Shown: positions 52,771 to 63,508 of the stretch, in pieces
How positions within the stretch are numbered: position 1 is the first letter of the stretch
Layout: the number at the start of each line of letters is the position of its first letter
NCBI GenBank assembly: GCA_965223005.1
Contig: CBDCVK010000002.1
Location: forward strand, 224,001 to 288,000
Reading direction: 5' to 3'
Length of the DNA stretch: 64,000 nt
From: Terriglobia bacterium
GTDB taxonomy: Bacteria; Acidobacteriota; Terriglobia; JAJPHL01; JAPKYU01
Translations under genes and position numbers: made by a program
The notes under the pieces: model-generated
Database searches by the model: none
What the model was told of the DNA's origin: nothing
What the model saw: only the letters and a program-made list of their open reading frames with translations

Positions 52771-55700
52771 TTAGAAGTTGATCTTCAATGCCATCTGCCC
52801 ATTTCGAGGCGAGTTCCCCAGGCCGCCAACCAGGCCAAAGGCAGCAGAGGTGACATCAGCACTAGTACCACCGAACCGCGTGCGGTTGAGGACGTTGTAA
52901 AACTCCATCCGCCATTCGATGTTGATGGTTTCGGTGATAAACGTCCGCTTCATCAAGCTGAAGTTCTCGTTGTAGAAGGGGAAATGCCGGGCATTCCCAA
53001 AGCCACCAGGCGCGTTTCCGAAGGTAAACGGGTCGGGAACCGTAAAAGCAGATCGGTTGTAGTAGCGGTGGTCTTGGCCGGGGTCGAAACCGCTGGTGAC
53101 TCCTAGCGGACTCGCTCCCGAAACCACGTTGGGAACGCTGCGGCGAGTAAACAAGCCCACGAGGTTGGGGGTAACAAACGCGCCCGGATTTCCCGACTGG
53201 TAGTGGACAACCGCGTTGATTGACCAGCCGCCCAGCACCTTGGCCGTAACGCCGGTGGTGCCGCCGCCTACCAGCTTTCCGGGACCGAACGGCAATTCAT
53301 ACATCAACGCCGAGACAAATCGGTGCGGAATGTCGGCAGGCGAAAGCGACTTTTCCAGTTGGCGGTTAAAGAAGTCGCGCGAATTGTGCCCAAAGAAGCC
53401 GCCCCAATTCGAATCCGAGTCGGTAATCATCTTGGACCAGGTGTACGAACTCAGCAGGTAAAAGCCCTGCGTGAGCCGTTTCTCGAGCTTCAATTGGAAT
53501 GAGTGGTAGGTTGAGTTTCCGATGGGGACCGCGTCAAGTGTGCCCCCCCCGACTCCCGAATCAACGGTCCCGACATCGCTGAACTGCGGGAAAGGCCGCA
53601 AGGACTGGGCCAGGGAGCCCTCGAAGCTTGGGTAGGGAGGCCCGAAACCAGCGGCCGCAACCAAAGGGTCGCGGACGTCGCGTTGGAGCAGGGTCCCCAG
53701 CGAGAGGAAGCTGGGATTGACCTGGTTCTGATTAAATATCCCGCTCATCAGCCGCGTTCCCTTACTGCCCACATAGCCGGCGTCGATGAGCCAGCTGCCG
53801 GGCAACTGATGCTGAATATTGAAGCTCCATTCCTGCCTGTAAGGTATCGTGGTGGACTCGTGGAAATTGTTGGCTTGGCTGCCATTAGAGAACGCAGGAT
53901 TGATAAGCGGAGGCCGTAGATAGTTTGGAAATCCCACCACATCCCAGTTGAAAGCAGGCGTGAGGCCGTTATCGGGCGAAAAGGGAGTGGGAAGGGCCTG
54001 AAAGCCTAACGCCGAGCGCCGCATGTTTCCGCCCAGTTGATAGGTACTCCCAAAGAAGTGAATGCCGTATCCGATCCGAAGCACCGTGTTCGGCGCAAAC
54101 CTATAGGCCAGACCGAGGCGCGGAGAAAAGTTTGTCTTCTCGGTCCCTTCATTGCCGAGCAATTGACTGGTGCCGGTGCGGCCCGGGCCTTGCCCAGCAA
54201 AGATCAGCGCGCCAGGCCGGCCGTCGGCGCCGGGATTGGCCAGGTTCAGATCCAGGGTGGACCAGCTATCACCCGCCTCCCCCATGGGAGTGAACAAATC
54301 CCACCTCAAACCCAGGTTCATAGTGAACTTCGGAGTGATCTTGAAGTCATCCTGGAAGTAGAATCCCAGCCAGGTGGACCGAGCCCGCGATGTATCGCCC
54401 ACAAAGGACGGGTCAAACATTGTGGCGTTGTCCACCGCGCCTAACAAGTAGCTCCCAAACGCGTAGCCCGTTGAGCCCAACCCAGGAAACCCAGTCTCGG
54501 TGTTCTCGAACACGTAGGTGGGGTTGGATGGTTGTGAAAACTGGTCCGATCGCAGATAGCGAACGTCTATACCGAACTTCATGTTGTGCTTGCCACGAAT
54601 CGCAGACAAAGTGTTCTGAAACATGAAGGTGTCTGCAATGAAGTCAGTGAAGGTACCGAAGTCGCCCCCTGCAGCGCTAACGTTGACATAGGGAGCCATT
54701 TGGATCACGGGAAACGCGCCGTCAAGGATGCCTGTGAAGGGCGCCTGCCCCTGCGGACCCCGGGTCCCGAGGCCCAGAATGTCAGCCCACCCGTCTCCAT
54801 GGCCCGTGATAAAGAACCCGTCAAACCCGTCATTGTAGCCGGCCTGCAGGTGATTGGTCACCGTCGGCGAGATGATATAGTCCCAAGCGTATCGGTGATT
54901 GGTCTGGTTGGAATCGTTAGTCACCGTGGCGCCGTGCGGGAAGGGTAGGGCCCGTTGGCTTGACTGGGGGGTGGGTTTCCGTTGATACGAAGCAAAAACG
55001 CTGTGGCTGTCGTTAATCCGATGATCCAATCTCAGGATAAGTTTATAAAACGACCGTTGCGGGTTGTTTTGCTCCAGGAAATTGTTGAAATCGCCCGGAC
55101 GGTTAGGAGTTGCCAGAAAACCATTGATGTTCCTCGATACGGCACTGATCCGGTCGGCCGGGATTATGTTTCCCGGGAACGGGTCACGCGTGAACCCACC
55201 TTGCCCGTCGTCCCGGGTAGTTGCCGGGTCGAAGACCTGGTTCGCAAAGTAGGGAGTCCCCGCGATCGGATCACCCAGTATCGAAGAAAGATCGCCGCTT
55301 TTGATGGCGGCAGTCGGAATCGAAACCGTACTGGTTCCGCCGGCATCCCTTTGTTTCAACCAGTTCAGATTGACGAAGCCGAAGGTCTTGTCCTTTATGA
55401 TAGGGCCCCCCAGACTAAATCCAAACTCGTGCCAGCGGCGTACCGGGGGTTCTGGTGAGAAGTGACCGCTCGCCTCAAAGTAGTCGTTGCGCCAGAATTC
55501 ATACAGGTTCCCGTGAATCTCATTGGTTCCGCCGCGTGTGATAAAACGTACGGTGCCAGAGGCGGAGAAGGTCTCCACTGAGGCGGTGGACGAAGAGACC
55601 GAAGCTTCCTGAACCGATTCCGGCGTGGAGACCAATTCTGCGGTGGTTTGCATGACCCCGGGCCCGGTGTGCAAACTCATGCCGTCCAGGTGCATTTCCA

Positions 55701-56301
55701 ATCCCATGGCCTGGCCACCATTGATTCTTTGGGAGAATGTCGATGAAACGTTGCTGGTGTTCCCGGAGGACCCACCGGGACGAGCTCTGCCGCCCGAAGT
55801 GGTGCCCGGCGTCAGGAAAATGACAGAAAGCGGCGCCCGGCCCGTGCTTCCTAGTTGAATCGGGAGATCGGTCATGATTATGGGAGGAAGGGTGGTCCCG
55901 ACCTCGGTGGTTTCGGTTTTCAGGAGTGGCGCCTCCGCCGTCACCTCCACGCTTTCGGCCACTGCGCCAAGTTCCAGCGTGAAGTCTAGGCCCACCACGG
56001 CAGCCACATCTACTCGGACACTCTCTTGAATGGCGCGCTTGAAGCCGGCCAGCTCCACCTCTACCCGGTAGCTTCCCGCCCCCAGGTTAGGAGCGTTGTA
56101 CAGGCCGGAACTGGTGGTCGTCGTTGGGAATGCGACGCCCGTGGCAATGTTGGTGACTGTGACTGTGGCTCCGGGGACTGCCGCTCCGGTGGGATCCAGA
56201 ACCGTTCCCCGAATCACTCCGCTCAAACCAGTCTGCGCTACCGAGTTCAGCGCGAATGCCAACACGAAAACCAAAACACTGATGGCGAGTTTCTTCGTCA
56301 T
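52771..56301 (-). CDS. TonB-dependent receptor (Oar-like) with carboxypeptidase-regulatory-like N-domain
   Basis: GTVLDPTGAAVPGATVTVTN, RGGTNEIHG, YFQDDFKITPKFTMNLGLRWD, NFSPRLG, C-terminal Phe. Confidence 0.93.
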   Translation of the reverse strand: MTKKLAISVLVFVLAFALNSVAQTGLSGVIRGTVLDPTGAAVPGATVTVTNIATGVAFPTTTTSSGLYNAPNLGAGSYRVEVELAGFKRAIQESVRVDVAAVVGLDFTLELGAVAESVEVTAEAPLLKTETTEVGTTLPPIIMTDLPIQLGSTGRAPLSVIFLTPGTTSGGRARPGGSSGNTSNVSSTFSQRINGGQAMGLEMHLDGMSLHTGPGVMQTTAELVSTPESVQEASVSSSTASVETFSASGTVRFITRGGTNEIHGNLYEFWRNDYFEASGHFSPEPPVRRWHEFGFSLGGPIIKDKTFGFVNLNWLKQRDAGGTSTVSIPTAAIKSGDLSSILGDPIAGTPYFANQVFDPATTRDDGQGGFTRDPFPGNIIPADRISAVSRNINGFLATPNRPGDFNNFLEQNNPQRSFYKLILRLDHRINDSHSVFASYQRKPTPQSSQRALPFPHGATVTNDSNQTNHRYAWDYIISPTVTNHLQAGYNDGFDGFFITGHGDGWADILGLGTRGPQGQAPFTGILDGAFPVIQMAPYVNVSAAGGDFGTFTDFIADTFMFQNTLSAIRGKHNMKFGIDVRYLRSDQFSQPSNPTYVFENTETGFPGLGSTGYAFGSYLLGAVDNATMFDPSFVGDTSRARSTWLGFYFQDDFKITPKFTMNLGLRWDLFTPMGEAGDSWSTLDLNLANPGADGRPGALIFAGQGPGRTGTSQLLGNEGTEKTNFSPRLGLAYRFAPNTVLRIGYGIHFFGSTYQLGGNMRRSALGFQALPTPFSPDNGLTPAFNWDVVGFPNYLRPPLINPAFSNGSQANNFHESTTIPYRQEWSFNIQHQLPGSWLIDAGYVGSKGTRLMSGIFNQNQVNPSFLSLGTLLQRDVRDPLVAAAGFGPPYPSFEGSLAQSLRPFPQFSDVGTVDSGVGGGTLDAVPIGNSTYHSFQLKLEKRLTQGFYLLSSYTWSKMITDSDSNWGGFFGHNSRDFFNRQLEKSLSPADIPHRFVSALMYELPFGPGKLVGGGTTGVTAKVLGGWSINAVVHYQSGNPGAFVTPNLVGLFTRRSVPNVVSGASPLGVTSGFDPGQDHRYYNRSAFTVPDPFTFGNAPGGFGNARHFPFYNENFSLMKRTFITETINIEWRMEFYNVLNRTRFGGTSADVTSAAFGLVGGLGNSPRNGQMALKINF

Positions 56302-56366
56302 GACCTTCTTCTCATCCTCTTTTGGCGTTAAGTTCAAGTATTGCTACACCACCTGACCGCGCACAT

Positions 56367-56396
56367 ATGGTAGGGGAGGTATGTTTTCACTGTCAA
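56367..56396 (-). promoter_or_regulatory. Sigma70-like promoter for the receptor gene
   Basis: TTGACA-N18-TACCAT on the minus strand, about 65 bp upstream of the start. Confidence 0.5.
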
Positions 56397-56647
56397 GTGT
56401 TTTTTATTGAGTGTTCTGGAGCCTTCAGTGCCACCGTCTGGCAATGCCCCCCTCGCACACAAGAATTTTAGTTTCAGCTTAGCTTTCTAGCTTTCTAGCT
56501 TTCTAGATGCCGTCGCCTCGTCCAAGCGCAAGGTGCAAGTACTTCAAGAATAACCGGTTAATCGGTACCCGGCTGTGAAGGGGCAGATCCCTGTGCGCTC
56601 CGGCTCGCGGATTGCCAGCAAACACCTGAAGAGCGGTTCGGCTGCCC

Positions 56648-57190
56648 CTAATTTGATATTTCTCGAGGAAAGTGCGGATGCAAAGCTTCATATAACCTTG
56701 CACTTCGAATCCTGAGAAGTTCTGGATGTCGAACGCCTGAATCATCCATAGCAGAGCATCCTATGTAGAACATGGATCTGCCGGTCGATGAAATTACAAA
56801 TCGGTCCGCGGTGCCGTGGCAAACCTGTGGAAGCTCAAACTCGAACGACACCATTGTTACGGCTAGATCATGTTGATCAATAACTTTGAATTCGTGTTCT
56901 TCCAAAATGGCTGCTGCTGGTTTGAGGATATGGAGAATCTCCGAGGAATCCGTATGGAATTGCTGAACACTCACAACCCGCGCTGGCGCTTTCTTATGCG
57001 TTGAGGCGTTAATCTTCAGCGTAGCTATGGAACCTCGTTCGAGAGATTCCTGCACGTGCTTTCCCCACGCCGAAATTCTATCGATCCGAGCATCTCTATC
57101 CTGGGACCAGGCAATGGGACACAAACCGGGAAAAGCAACCAGAAGCACTGCAACAGCGACGAAGGACTTTCTTCCAAGCAGACCAGCCAT
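56648..57190 (-). CDS. Hypothetical secreted protein
   Basis: AGGAGG RBS before MAGLLGRK; signal-peptide-like N-terminus. Confidence 0.45.
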   Translation of the reverse strand: MAGLLGRKSFVAVAVLLVAFPGLCPIAWSQDRDARIDRISAWGKHVQESLERGSIATLKINASTHKKAPARVVSVQQFHTDSSEILHILKPAAAILEEHEFKVIDQHDLAVTMVSFEFELPQVCHGTADRFVISSTGRSMFYIGCSAMDDSGVRHPELLRIRSARLYEALHPHFPREISN

Positions 57191-57328
57191 GTTGCTAACC
57201 TCCTGTCTGCGGTCACCATTTTCCATGGTCACATGATCGCATGTAGCCTGGTGGGTACGCAGATCCAAGAGCCGACAGGCAGGAACCCCGAAAGCTGCAA
57301 GTGTCAGGACTGTGGAGGGCACAGACCA

Positions 57329-58438
57329 CTAGCTGAGCACAGCCGTCTTGTTCCGCTCAATCAGCTCGAAGTCAATCTGTGCTCCGAGCCCCGGCTCGAT
57401 CGGAGCGTGCACCAGCCCGTTCGGGTCCACTTCGATGTCTTCTACCAGGCCGTACTTCTGTGTTTCGGGTGGCAACAGGACCTCAAAGAACTCACAGTTC
57501 TTGATGGCCAACGTAACGTGGAGGTTGGCGACGTTGTTGAGTGAATTGGAGCCGTGGTGGATCTCGAAGTTCATGCCGAACGCCTCGGCCAAGTGCGCGG
57601 TCTTGAGCAGTGCCGTAATCCCCCCCTTGACCGCCACGTCCCCCCGCAAAAAGTCGGTCGCACGGTTCAAGATCCACGGAGCATAAGCGGTGAAGCCCCC
57701 GGGAGAGTATTCGGTTGCCATGAGGGGAATCTCAAGCTTTTCGCGCAGCTTGATGCAGTTCGTAATGTCGTCGTCTTCTAGCGGGTCCTCGTACCAATAG
57801 AAGTTCATCTCCTCGATGGCCCGCCCCACCCGTAGCGCCTGCTCGTAGCGGTAGCTCCAGGTCGAGTCGAGCATCAACATGTAGTCGTCCCCGACCGCAC
57901 CCCGGACCGCTTCACAGACGGCGATGTCCTCCTTCCAGAGTGTAGGCGGGTGGATCTTGTACGCGGTCCAGCCGGCTTGCTTAAAGGCAACGGCCTCTTC
58001 TACGTAAGCCTGTCTTGACGGCAGGCGCGCCGATGAGGCATAAGCCGGCGCGCTGCTCCGAAAGGACCCCATGATCTGGTGGATTGGCAACCCAGCTATC
58101 TTCCCGGCGATGTCCCAAAGGGCGACGTCGACGGCGCCGATCGCTCGCAGCGTGGTGGCGCGGTCTTGATGCCGAATTTTCTGATACAGAAGCTCCCGGT
58201 CGAGGGGGTTTTGACCCATGATCAGCGGCTTGAGGCTCTTGATCAGACTCAGGCCATCCTGGTCGGCACCGCGCCATGAATTCCCCAAGAACGCATGACC
58301 GACGATGCCCTCGTCAGTGGCAATCTTGAGGAGACCCATCTGGCTCGTCCCGCCGAAAATACCCATGTGCACGTTGTATGAGGTTGCAGGAATGTTCTCC
58401 CAGGCAAAAAGCGTCAAGGTCACGTCAGTGATCTTCAT
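57329..58438 (-). CDS. Mandelate racemase/muconate lactonizing enzyme family (enolase superfamily)
   Basis: DVALWDIAGK, YKIH, LMLD, WYEDP, ATE, IHH. Confidence 0.9.
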   Translation of the reverse strand: MKITDVTLTLFAWENIPATSYNVHMGIFGGTSQMGLLKIATDEGIVGHAFLGNSWRGADQDGLSLIKSLKPLIMGQNPLDRELLYQKIRHQDRATTLRAIGAVDVALWDIAGKIAGLPIHQIMGSFRSSAPAYASSARLPSRQAYVEEAVAFKQAGWTAYKIHPPTLWKEDIAVCEAVRGAVGDDYMLMLDSTWSYRYEQALRVGRAIEEMNFYWYEDPLEDDDITNCIKLREKLEIPLMATEYSPGGFTAYAPWILNRATDFLRGDVAVKGGITALLKTAHLAEAFGMNFEIHHGSNSLNNVANLHVTLAIKNCEFFEVLLPPETQKYGLVEDIEVDPNGLVHAPIEPGLGAQIDFELIERNKTAVLS

Positions 58439-58916
58439 TCTTCTGGTCCTTCGGTTCAGTGGTGACAGGCAACTCACACTGAGTCGGTGCGCTTTCCAAC
58501 AAGGCTCACTTCCTCGATGGCAGCTACCAATGTAGCTTCACTCTTCCAAGACAGTTTCTGTGATCGCGAAATCTAGACCAACCGTTTCCTAATGGGATTT
58601 GTGCGGCCTGACTCTTGGTTTGTATTGACTCCTAAACTTAGGATATTCATCTTGGGTTCCTGATCAACGGAGAGTATACACGACGCTGGCTTGGTTCGGT
58701 TACAGTGTCTGCCGGAGATGCGCCCCTGTTCAACCTCTTCACAGGGAGAAAGCGGTTCTTGCCCACTCGGGTAAGCCGGGCCTTGCGAGATTTGCGAATG
58801 TTTATGTTGACCTTCTTTAGGTTGATTCTTGCGTATTTTGCTAGCGGGCTAGTCCTGGCAGAGGTGGTGCGGGAGCAGTCCATTAGAGCTTCCAAGCCGA
58901 ATCAACAAGACGGAGA

Positions 58917-60662
58917 GTGACGTTGACATCCCCAAGTAATAAAGGCGAAGCGCCGACCAGCCAACCGCTCGGTCTCTTCGAGCGCCTCGACAAGTTGAAT
59001 GAGTTCGACCGGGAGCCCGTTACTCCGGACCGGCTCGAAAGCCGGCGACATTTCGCGGCCGTGTTTGCGGGCGAACACGTCGCCGGCACGGAGTTCGTGA
59101 TCGGCGCCCTCTTCGTCTCCTGGGGCGTTGGGACCCGGGATCTTGTTCTCGGTTTGTTGATCGGCAATCTCCTGGCCGTGCTCGCCTGGACGTTCATCTG
59201 CGCCCCCATCGCCGTCGAGACGCGGCTAACGCTCTATTGGTATTTGCGGCGCATCGCCGGGCCGGTGGTGACCACGATCTACAACGTTGTGAACGCCATT
59301 CTGTTCTGCGCTCTGGCGGGAGCCATGATCACGGTATCGGCCTCGGCCGTTCGCATCCCCTTCGGCATCCCGCCGCAAACCGAGTGGTACCCAACTGACC
59401 TTCGCTTCGTGTTGGTTGCCGTGGCCGTCGGCGCGGTAGTTGTCGCGATCGCGATCCTGGGTTTCAGGCGGCTGGCGCAGTTTTCGACGATCTGCGTGCC
59501 CTGGATCTTCGTGGTATTCTTCGCTGGCGCCCTGGCCGTGCTGCCGCAATTGACGGCGGGCACCCCCGAGGTCGGTTCCATCGAAGGTCTCCATGACCTG
59601 CGGCGCCTTGCCGACGCGAGCGTCTGGGTCGGGCGCGAGGACTCTGATTTCACCCTCTGGCATGTCGCCGCGTTTGCCTTGCTGGCCAACCTGGCGTTCC
59701 ACGTGGGACTGTCAGATATGGCGCTGCTGCGCTACGCACCGCGCGCCAGCTACGGCTTGTCTTCCGCCTGCGGAATGTATATGGGCCACTTCTTGGTGTG
59801 GCTGGCCTCAGGGGTGATGGGCGCCGGGGCGGCGTTGATGCTCAAAACTCCTCTCAGCAGCCTGGACTCGGGGGAGATAGCGCATCAAGCGTTGGGTCTG
59901 GGCGGCGCACTGTGTGTGATTGTCTCCGGTTGGGCGACGTCGAACCCGACCCTGTATCGCGCCGGGCTTGCCTTGCAAGTGGTCACACCGGGGTGGCCCA
60001 GATGGCTGGTCACCTTGCTGGCCGGGATAGCGACGGTCACGCTTGCTTGTTTTCCCTACATCTTTCGATACTTGCTCGAGTACGTGGGCACCTTCGCCCT
60101 TCTCATGGCGCCGATCGCGGCGGTCGTGTTCGTTGAGCATTGGGTTTTCCCGCGGACCGGCTTCCGCCGCTACTGGTTCGGCCAGTCGAAGAAGGTTGTC
60201 AACTGGGCGGCGCTGGCTGCCTGGGTCATCGCCGTCGTCTTCTGCTTTGCAGCTTGGAGATGGGATCTGATGCATGTGGTGTTCATCGCCATCCCAGGCT
60301 GGGGGCTCGCTGCGATCTTGTACACAGCGTTTGCGGCCGTTGCTGGTGCGCGCGGGGAGACCTTAGGGGAACTCCACGCATCTGAATCGGCAAGCGCCTC
60401 CACACCGGTGGTCGCCGCATCCTCTGCTCACGATCGAACTGTCAAACCGGCACGCTCCGCGTTGCGGACGGTGTCGGGAGTGATCGGCGCCTTGTCATTA
60501 GCGGCATGCTTTGCGCTCGCGCTCTGGGTTGGCCTGGGGGGGGAGCAGGAATATCAGCAGAACCTGGCAACTTTCAAAACATACCTGGCTGTGGCCAGCG
60601 TTGTACACCTGACTGCGGCTGCGATTTGGGTCTTGCGCTCCGAACAGTCAGGAGGAAATTAG
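58917..60662 (+). CDS. NCS1/purine-cytosine permease-like transporter
   Basis: About 14 TM segments; GEHVAGTEFVIG and GWATSNPTLYRAGLA. Confidence 0.75.
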   Translation: MTLTSPSNKGEAPTSQPLGLFERLDKLNEFDREPVTPDRLESRRHFAAVFAGEHVAGTEFVIGALFVSWGVGTRDLVLGLLIGNLLAVLAWTFICAPIAVETRLTLYWYLRRIAGPVVTTIYNVVNAILFCALAGAMITVSASAVRIPFGIPPQTEWYPTDLRFVLVAVAVGAVVVAIAILGFRRLAQFSTICVPWIFVVFFAGALAVLPQLTAGTPEVGSIEGLHDLRRLADASVWVGREDSDFTLWHVAAFALLANLAFHVGLSDMALLRYAPRASYGLSSACGMYMGHFLVWLASGVMGAGAALMLKTPLSSLDSGEIAHQALGLGGALCVIVSGWATSNPTLYRAGLALQVVTPGWPRWLVTLLAGIATVTLACFPYIFRYLLEYVGTFALLMAPIAAVVFVEHWVFPRTGFRRYWFGQSKKVVNWAALAAWVIAVVFCFAAWRWDLMHVVFIAIPGWGLAAILYTAFAAVAGARGETLGELHASESASASTPVVAASSAHDRTVKPARSALRTVSGVIGALSLAACFALALWVGLGGEQEYQQNLATFKTYLAVASVVHLTAAAIWVLRSEQSGGN

Positions 60663-60670
60663 CGAATGCC

Positions 60671-61465
60671 ATGGCCAACTCACGATTAGCGAACCAGGTA
60701 GCGTGGATCAGCGGCGGAGCGTCCGGGATGGGCGAAGCTACGGCGCGACTGTTTGCCAGTGAGGGCGCGCGCGTGGCCATTGCCGACGTCAATCTGGAAG
60801 GCGCCCTGGAGGTGGCCGGCCGGATCAACTCTGGCGGAGAAGACCGGGTCGTGGCGATCGAGTGTGATGTGTCCCGTCAGGACGACGTGAGGCGTTCCAT
60901 CGAGCGGACCGTTGACCTCTTCAACGGACTGCATATCCTCGTCAATAACGCGGCGATTGGCCAGTTCACGCCGCTCCACGAGTGTGCAGAAAACGAGTGG
61001 GACCGCGTCATGGCAGTGAACTTGAAGGCGGCCTACTTCTCCTTCAAGTTCTCCTATCCTCATTTGCGCAAGCTCGACCGCAGCTACGTCGTGAACGTCG
61101 CGTCCATTAGCAGCTTTGTTGCTCAAGCCGGTACGCCTGTTTACACGGTTTCAAAGCACGCGCTGCTAGGGCTCACGCGGACGATCGCTCTTGACTATGC
61201 CGCGGACGGAATCCGCTGCAACTGCGTTTGCCCTGGTATTACGGATACCCCGGGGCTGCGCAAGCATCTGGAACAATACCCGGACGCCGACAAGAAGCTG
61301 GCCGAGCGACTCCGCCGCGTCCCCTCGGGAGAAATCATGACGCCCGATCAGATCGCCCGTGCGATCCTGTATTTTTCGTGTGAAGATTCAGCCGGCATTA
61401 CCGCCACTTCGCTGGTCGCCGACGGCGGTTATTTGGCAGCCGCCGAGTGGGACACTGGGCAGTGA
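60671..61465 (+). CDS. SDR family oxidoreductase
   Basis: SGGASGMG, VNNAA, YTVSK, NCVCPG. Confidence 0.92.
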   Translation: MANSRLANQVAWISGGASGMGEATARLFASEGARVAIADVNLEGALEVAGRINSGGEDRVVAIECDVSRQDDVRRSIERTVDLFNGLHILVNNAAIGQFTPLHECAENEWDRVMAVNLKAAYFSFKFSYPHLRKLDRSYVVNVASISSFVAQAGTPVYTVSKHALLGLTRTIALDYAADGIRCNCVCPGITDTPGLRKHLEQYPDADKKLAERLRRVPSGEIMTPDQIARAILYFSCEDSAGITATSLVADGGYLAAAEWDTGQ

Positions 61466-61525
61466 CCGGGCAAGAAAAGGAAGACTCTCCTTTCTTGCAC
61501 TTTTTAATCATTCTCAGGGTTGCCC

Positions 61526-62390
61526 ATGAAACTCAAGCTCTCTTGCGCCGATTTCACATTCCCACTCGTAACCCACAAGCAGTCGTTGGATCTGGTCTCC
61601 ATGCTTGGATTCGAGGGAGTCGATATCGGGCTGTTTGAGGGCCGATCGCACCTTCAGCCTTCCCGAGAGTTCCGGTCACTGGCACGCTCGGCACGTACAC
61701 TCACCGGGAAAGTCGAGGATCGCGGACTGAAAGTGGCCGGCGTGTTCCTGCAAACGGACATAACGCCTGAGCGTTACGCACTCAATCACCCACAGCCCCG
61801 TCGGCGTGAAAAGGCGCGGGATTGGTTTCTTAGAACACTGGAGTATGCTAATCGCTGCAACTCAAAGCATGTCACCTTCAATGCCGGAGTGCCGTTTAAG
61901 GATGAGTCCAGATCTGCATCTTACGGGCGCAGTGTGGACGAACTTCCGTGGTATCTCAAGCAGGCGCAGGCTCACGGCATCATCGCTGGTGTCGAACCTG
62001 GAATTGGCTCGATCGCGTCACGTCCCATGCAGGCGGAGGAGTTGGTCCGAGATGTTCCTGGGCTGACCTTAACGCTCGACTACACCCACTTCACACGGAC
62101 TGGGCTACCGGACAAGCAGGTGGAGCCTCTGCTTGCCCATGCCAGTCACTTCCACGTGCGTGGCGCATGTAAAGGAAGACTCCAAGTGAACTTCAACGAC
62201 AACGTCATCGACTACCGGCGCGTGCTTAGACGGATGAAGGAAGTCGGTTATTCCGGTTGGCTCTGCATCGAGTATGTACACCTCGAATGGGAGCGACTAC
62301 GAATGGGAGCGGTGCACCGAAAGCGACAATCTTTCAGAAACCATCCTCTTCCGCGACTTCATCAAGCAGGCGATGGGAGAAATGTCGTGA
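61526..62390 (+). pseudogene. Sugar phosphate isomerase/epimerase, C-terminus frameshifted by a 16-bp insertion
   Basis: TLDYTHF, HFHVRG, GWLCIEY; the original tail CTESDNLSETILFRDF..* is in another frame. Confidence 0.75.
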
Positions 62391-62455
62391 GACGATCATC
62401 TGCGAGAACCCGACGGGGTCTGCCCTAGACGGTCTGAGTCAGCGACCCGAAGCCC

Positions 62456-63352
62456 TCAGTTAGCGAGTCCAACAGATCGCAAATGCTCGAGATTGGCACG
62501 AGCGTCGTCGCTCGGAAGCGTGGCTCCTGCCGGATCGCAATCCTGCTCGACCGTGCCCCAGCCTGAGAAGCCGGCTTGGATCAGCGCGGCCTTGAACGCT
62601 GTGAAATCAACCTCGCCCTTGCCCAGTATGCAGAACAGGCCCTGACCGCAGGCGTCATAAAAGCCGATCTGGTTGGCCACGACATGCGCCCGAACCGCGG
62701 GGTCGATGTCCTTGAAATGCAGATATTCAACCCGTGCGCTGTGGCGCGTGTAGAATGCGATCGGATCAAATCCGGCGTAAATACAGTGACCGGTGTCGAG
62801 ACAGATTTTCATAAGCGAAGCGTCGACCGCATCGAGCATCCGCTCCAGCTCATCCTCAAATTCGACAAACCCGGCGGCGTGGGCGTGTAGCGAAACAGTT
62901 AAGCCGAATTCTTCCGCACCGATCTTGGCGGCGCTGCGCAGACGGTCTTGGAAAGAACTCAGCTCTGCGCCCTTCATGCGCCTCGCTTCAGCAGGCCGCC
63001 CTGCGGTCGGCGCGCGCTCGGCTGCAATCGAATCGATCAGCACCATCCGTGGCGCTCCATGAGCGGCGAGCGATTTGCAGGTGCGGCGCACAGCATGCTG
63101 CACTTGGTCCCATGCCGCAGGATCATGGAACGGCCGGAACACAACGCCGCCTATCAGGGCCAACCCGCGCGATTTCAACGCGTCACCCAATTGCGCAGGA
63201 TTCTCGGGCATGAAGCCGATCGGCCCGAGTTCGATACCCTCATAGCCTGCCTGCAGGGTTTCATCGAGCACCAGCTCCCACGGCGGATTGCGCGGATCGT
63301 CAGCGAATTCCACGCCCCAGGAGCATGGGGCGTTCCCTATGCGAAGTTTCAT
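62456..63352 (-). CDS. IolE-like TIM-barrel protein (myo-inosose-2 dehydratase family)
   Basis: IGNAPCSWGVE, GIELGP.G, CLDTGH, LHFKD, VEQD. Confidence 0.8.
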   Translation of the reverse strand: MKLRIGNAPCSWGVEFADDPRNPPWELVLDETLQAGYEGIELGPIGFMPENPAQLGDALKSRGLALIGGVVFRPFHDPAAWDQVQHAVRRTCKSLAAHGAPRMVLIDSIAAERAPTAGRPAEARRMKGAELSSFQDRLRSAAKIGAEEFGLTVSLHAHAAGFVEFEDELERMLDAVDASLMKICLDTGHCIYAGFDPIAFYTRHSARVEYLHFKDIDPAVRAHVVANQIGFYDACGQGLFCILGKGEVDFTAFKAALIQAGFSGWGTVEQDCDPAGATLPSDDARANLEHLRSVGLAN

Positions 63353-63508
63353 CTTGGTCTCTCGTATGATCCAGTTCTCTAACGAACGTAAGCCGCGACG
63401 CGGGAAGGGTCAACCCATCTCCAACATAATCTTCAACTACAAGTAACCACTAGGACCTCCGATGATCAAAGCTGGTGTAGAGGCGCATCGCCTTGTTATG
63501 CACTGGAG

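Noticed and set aside
56480-56506. (TAGCTTTC)3 microsatellite as a phase-variation switch
   Set aside because: Only about three units, intergenic and outside the predicted promoter spacer.
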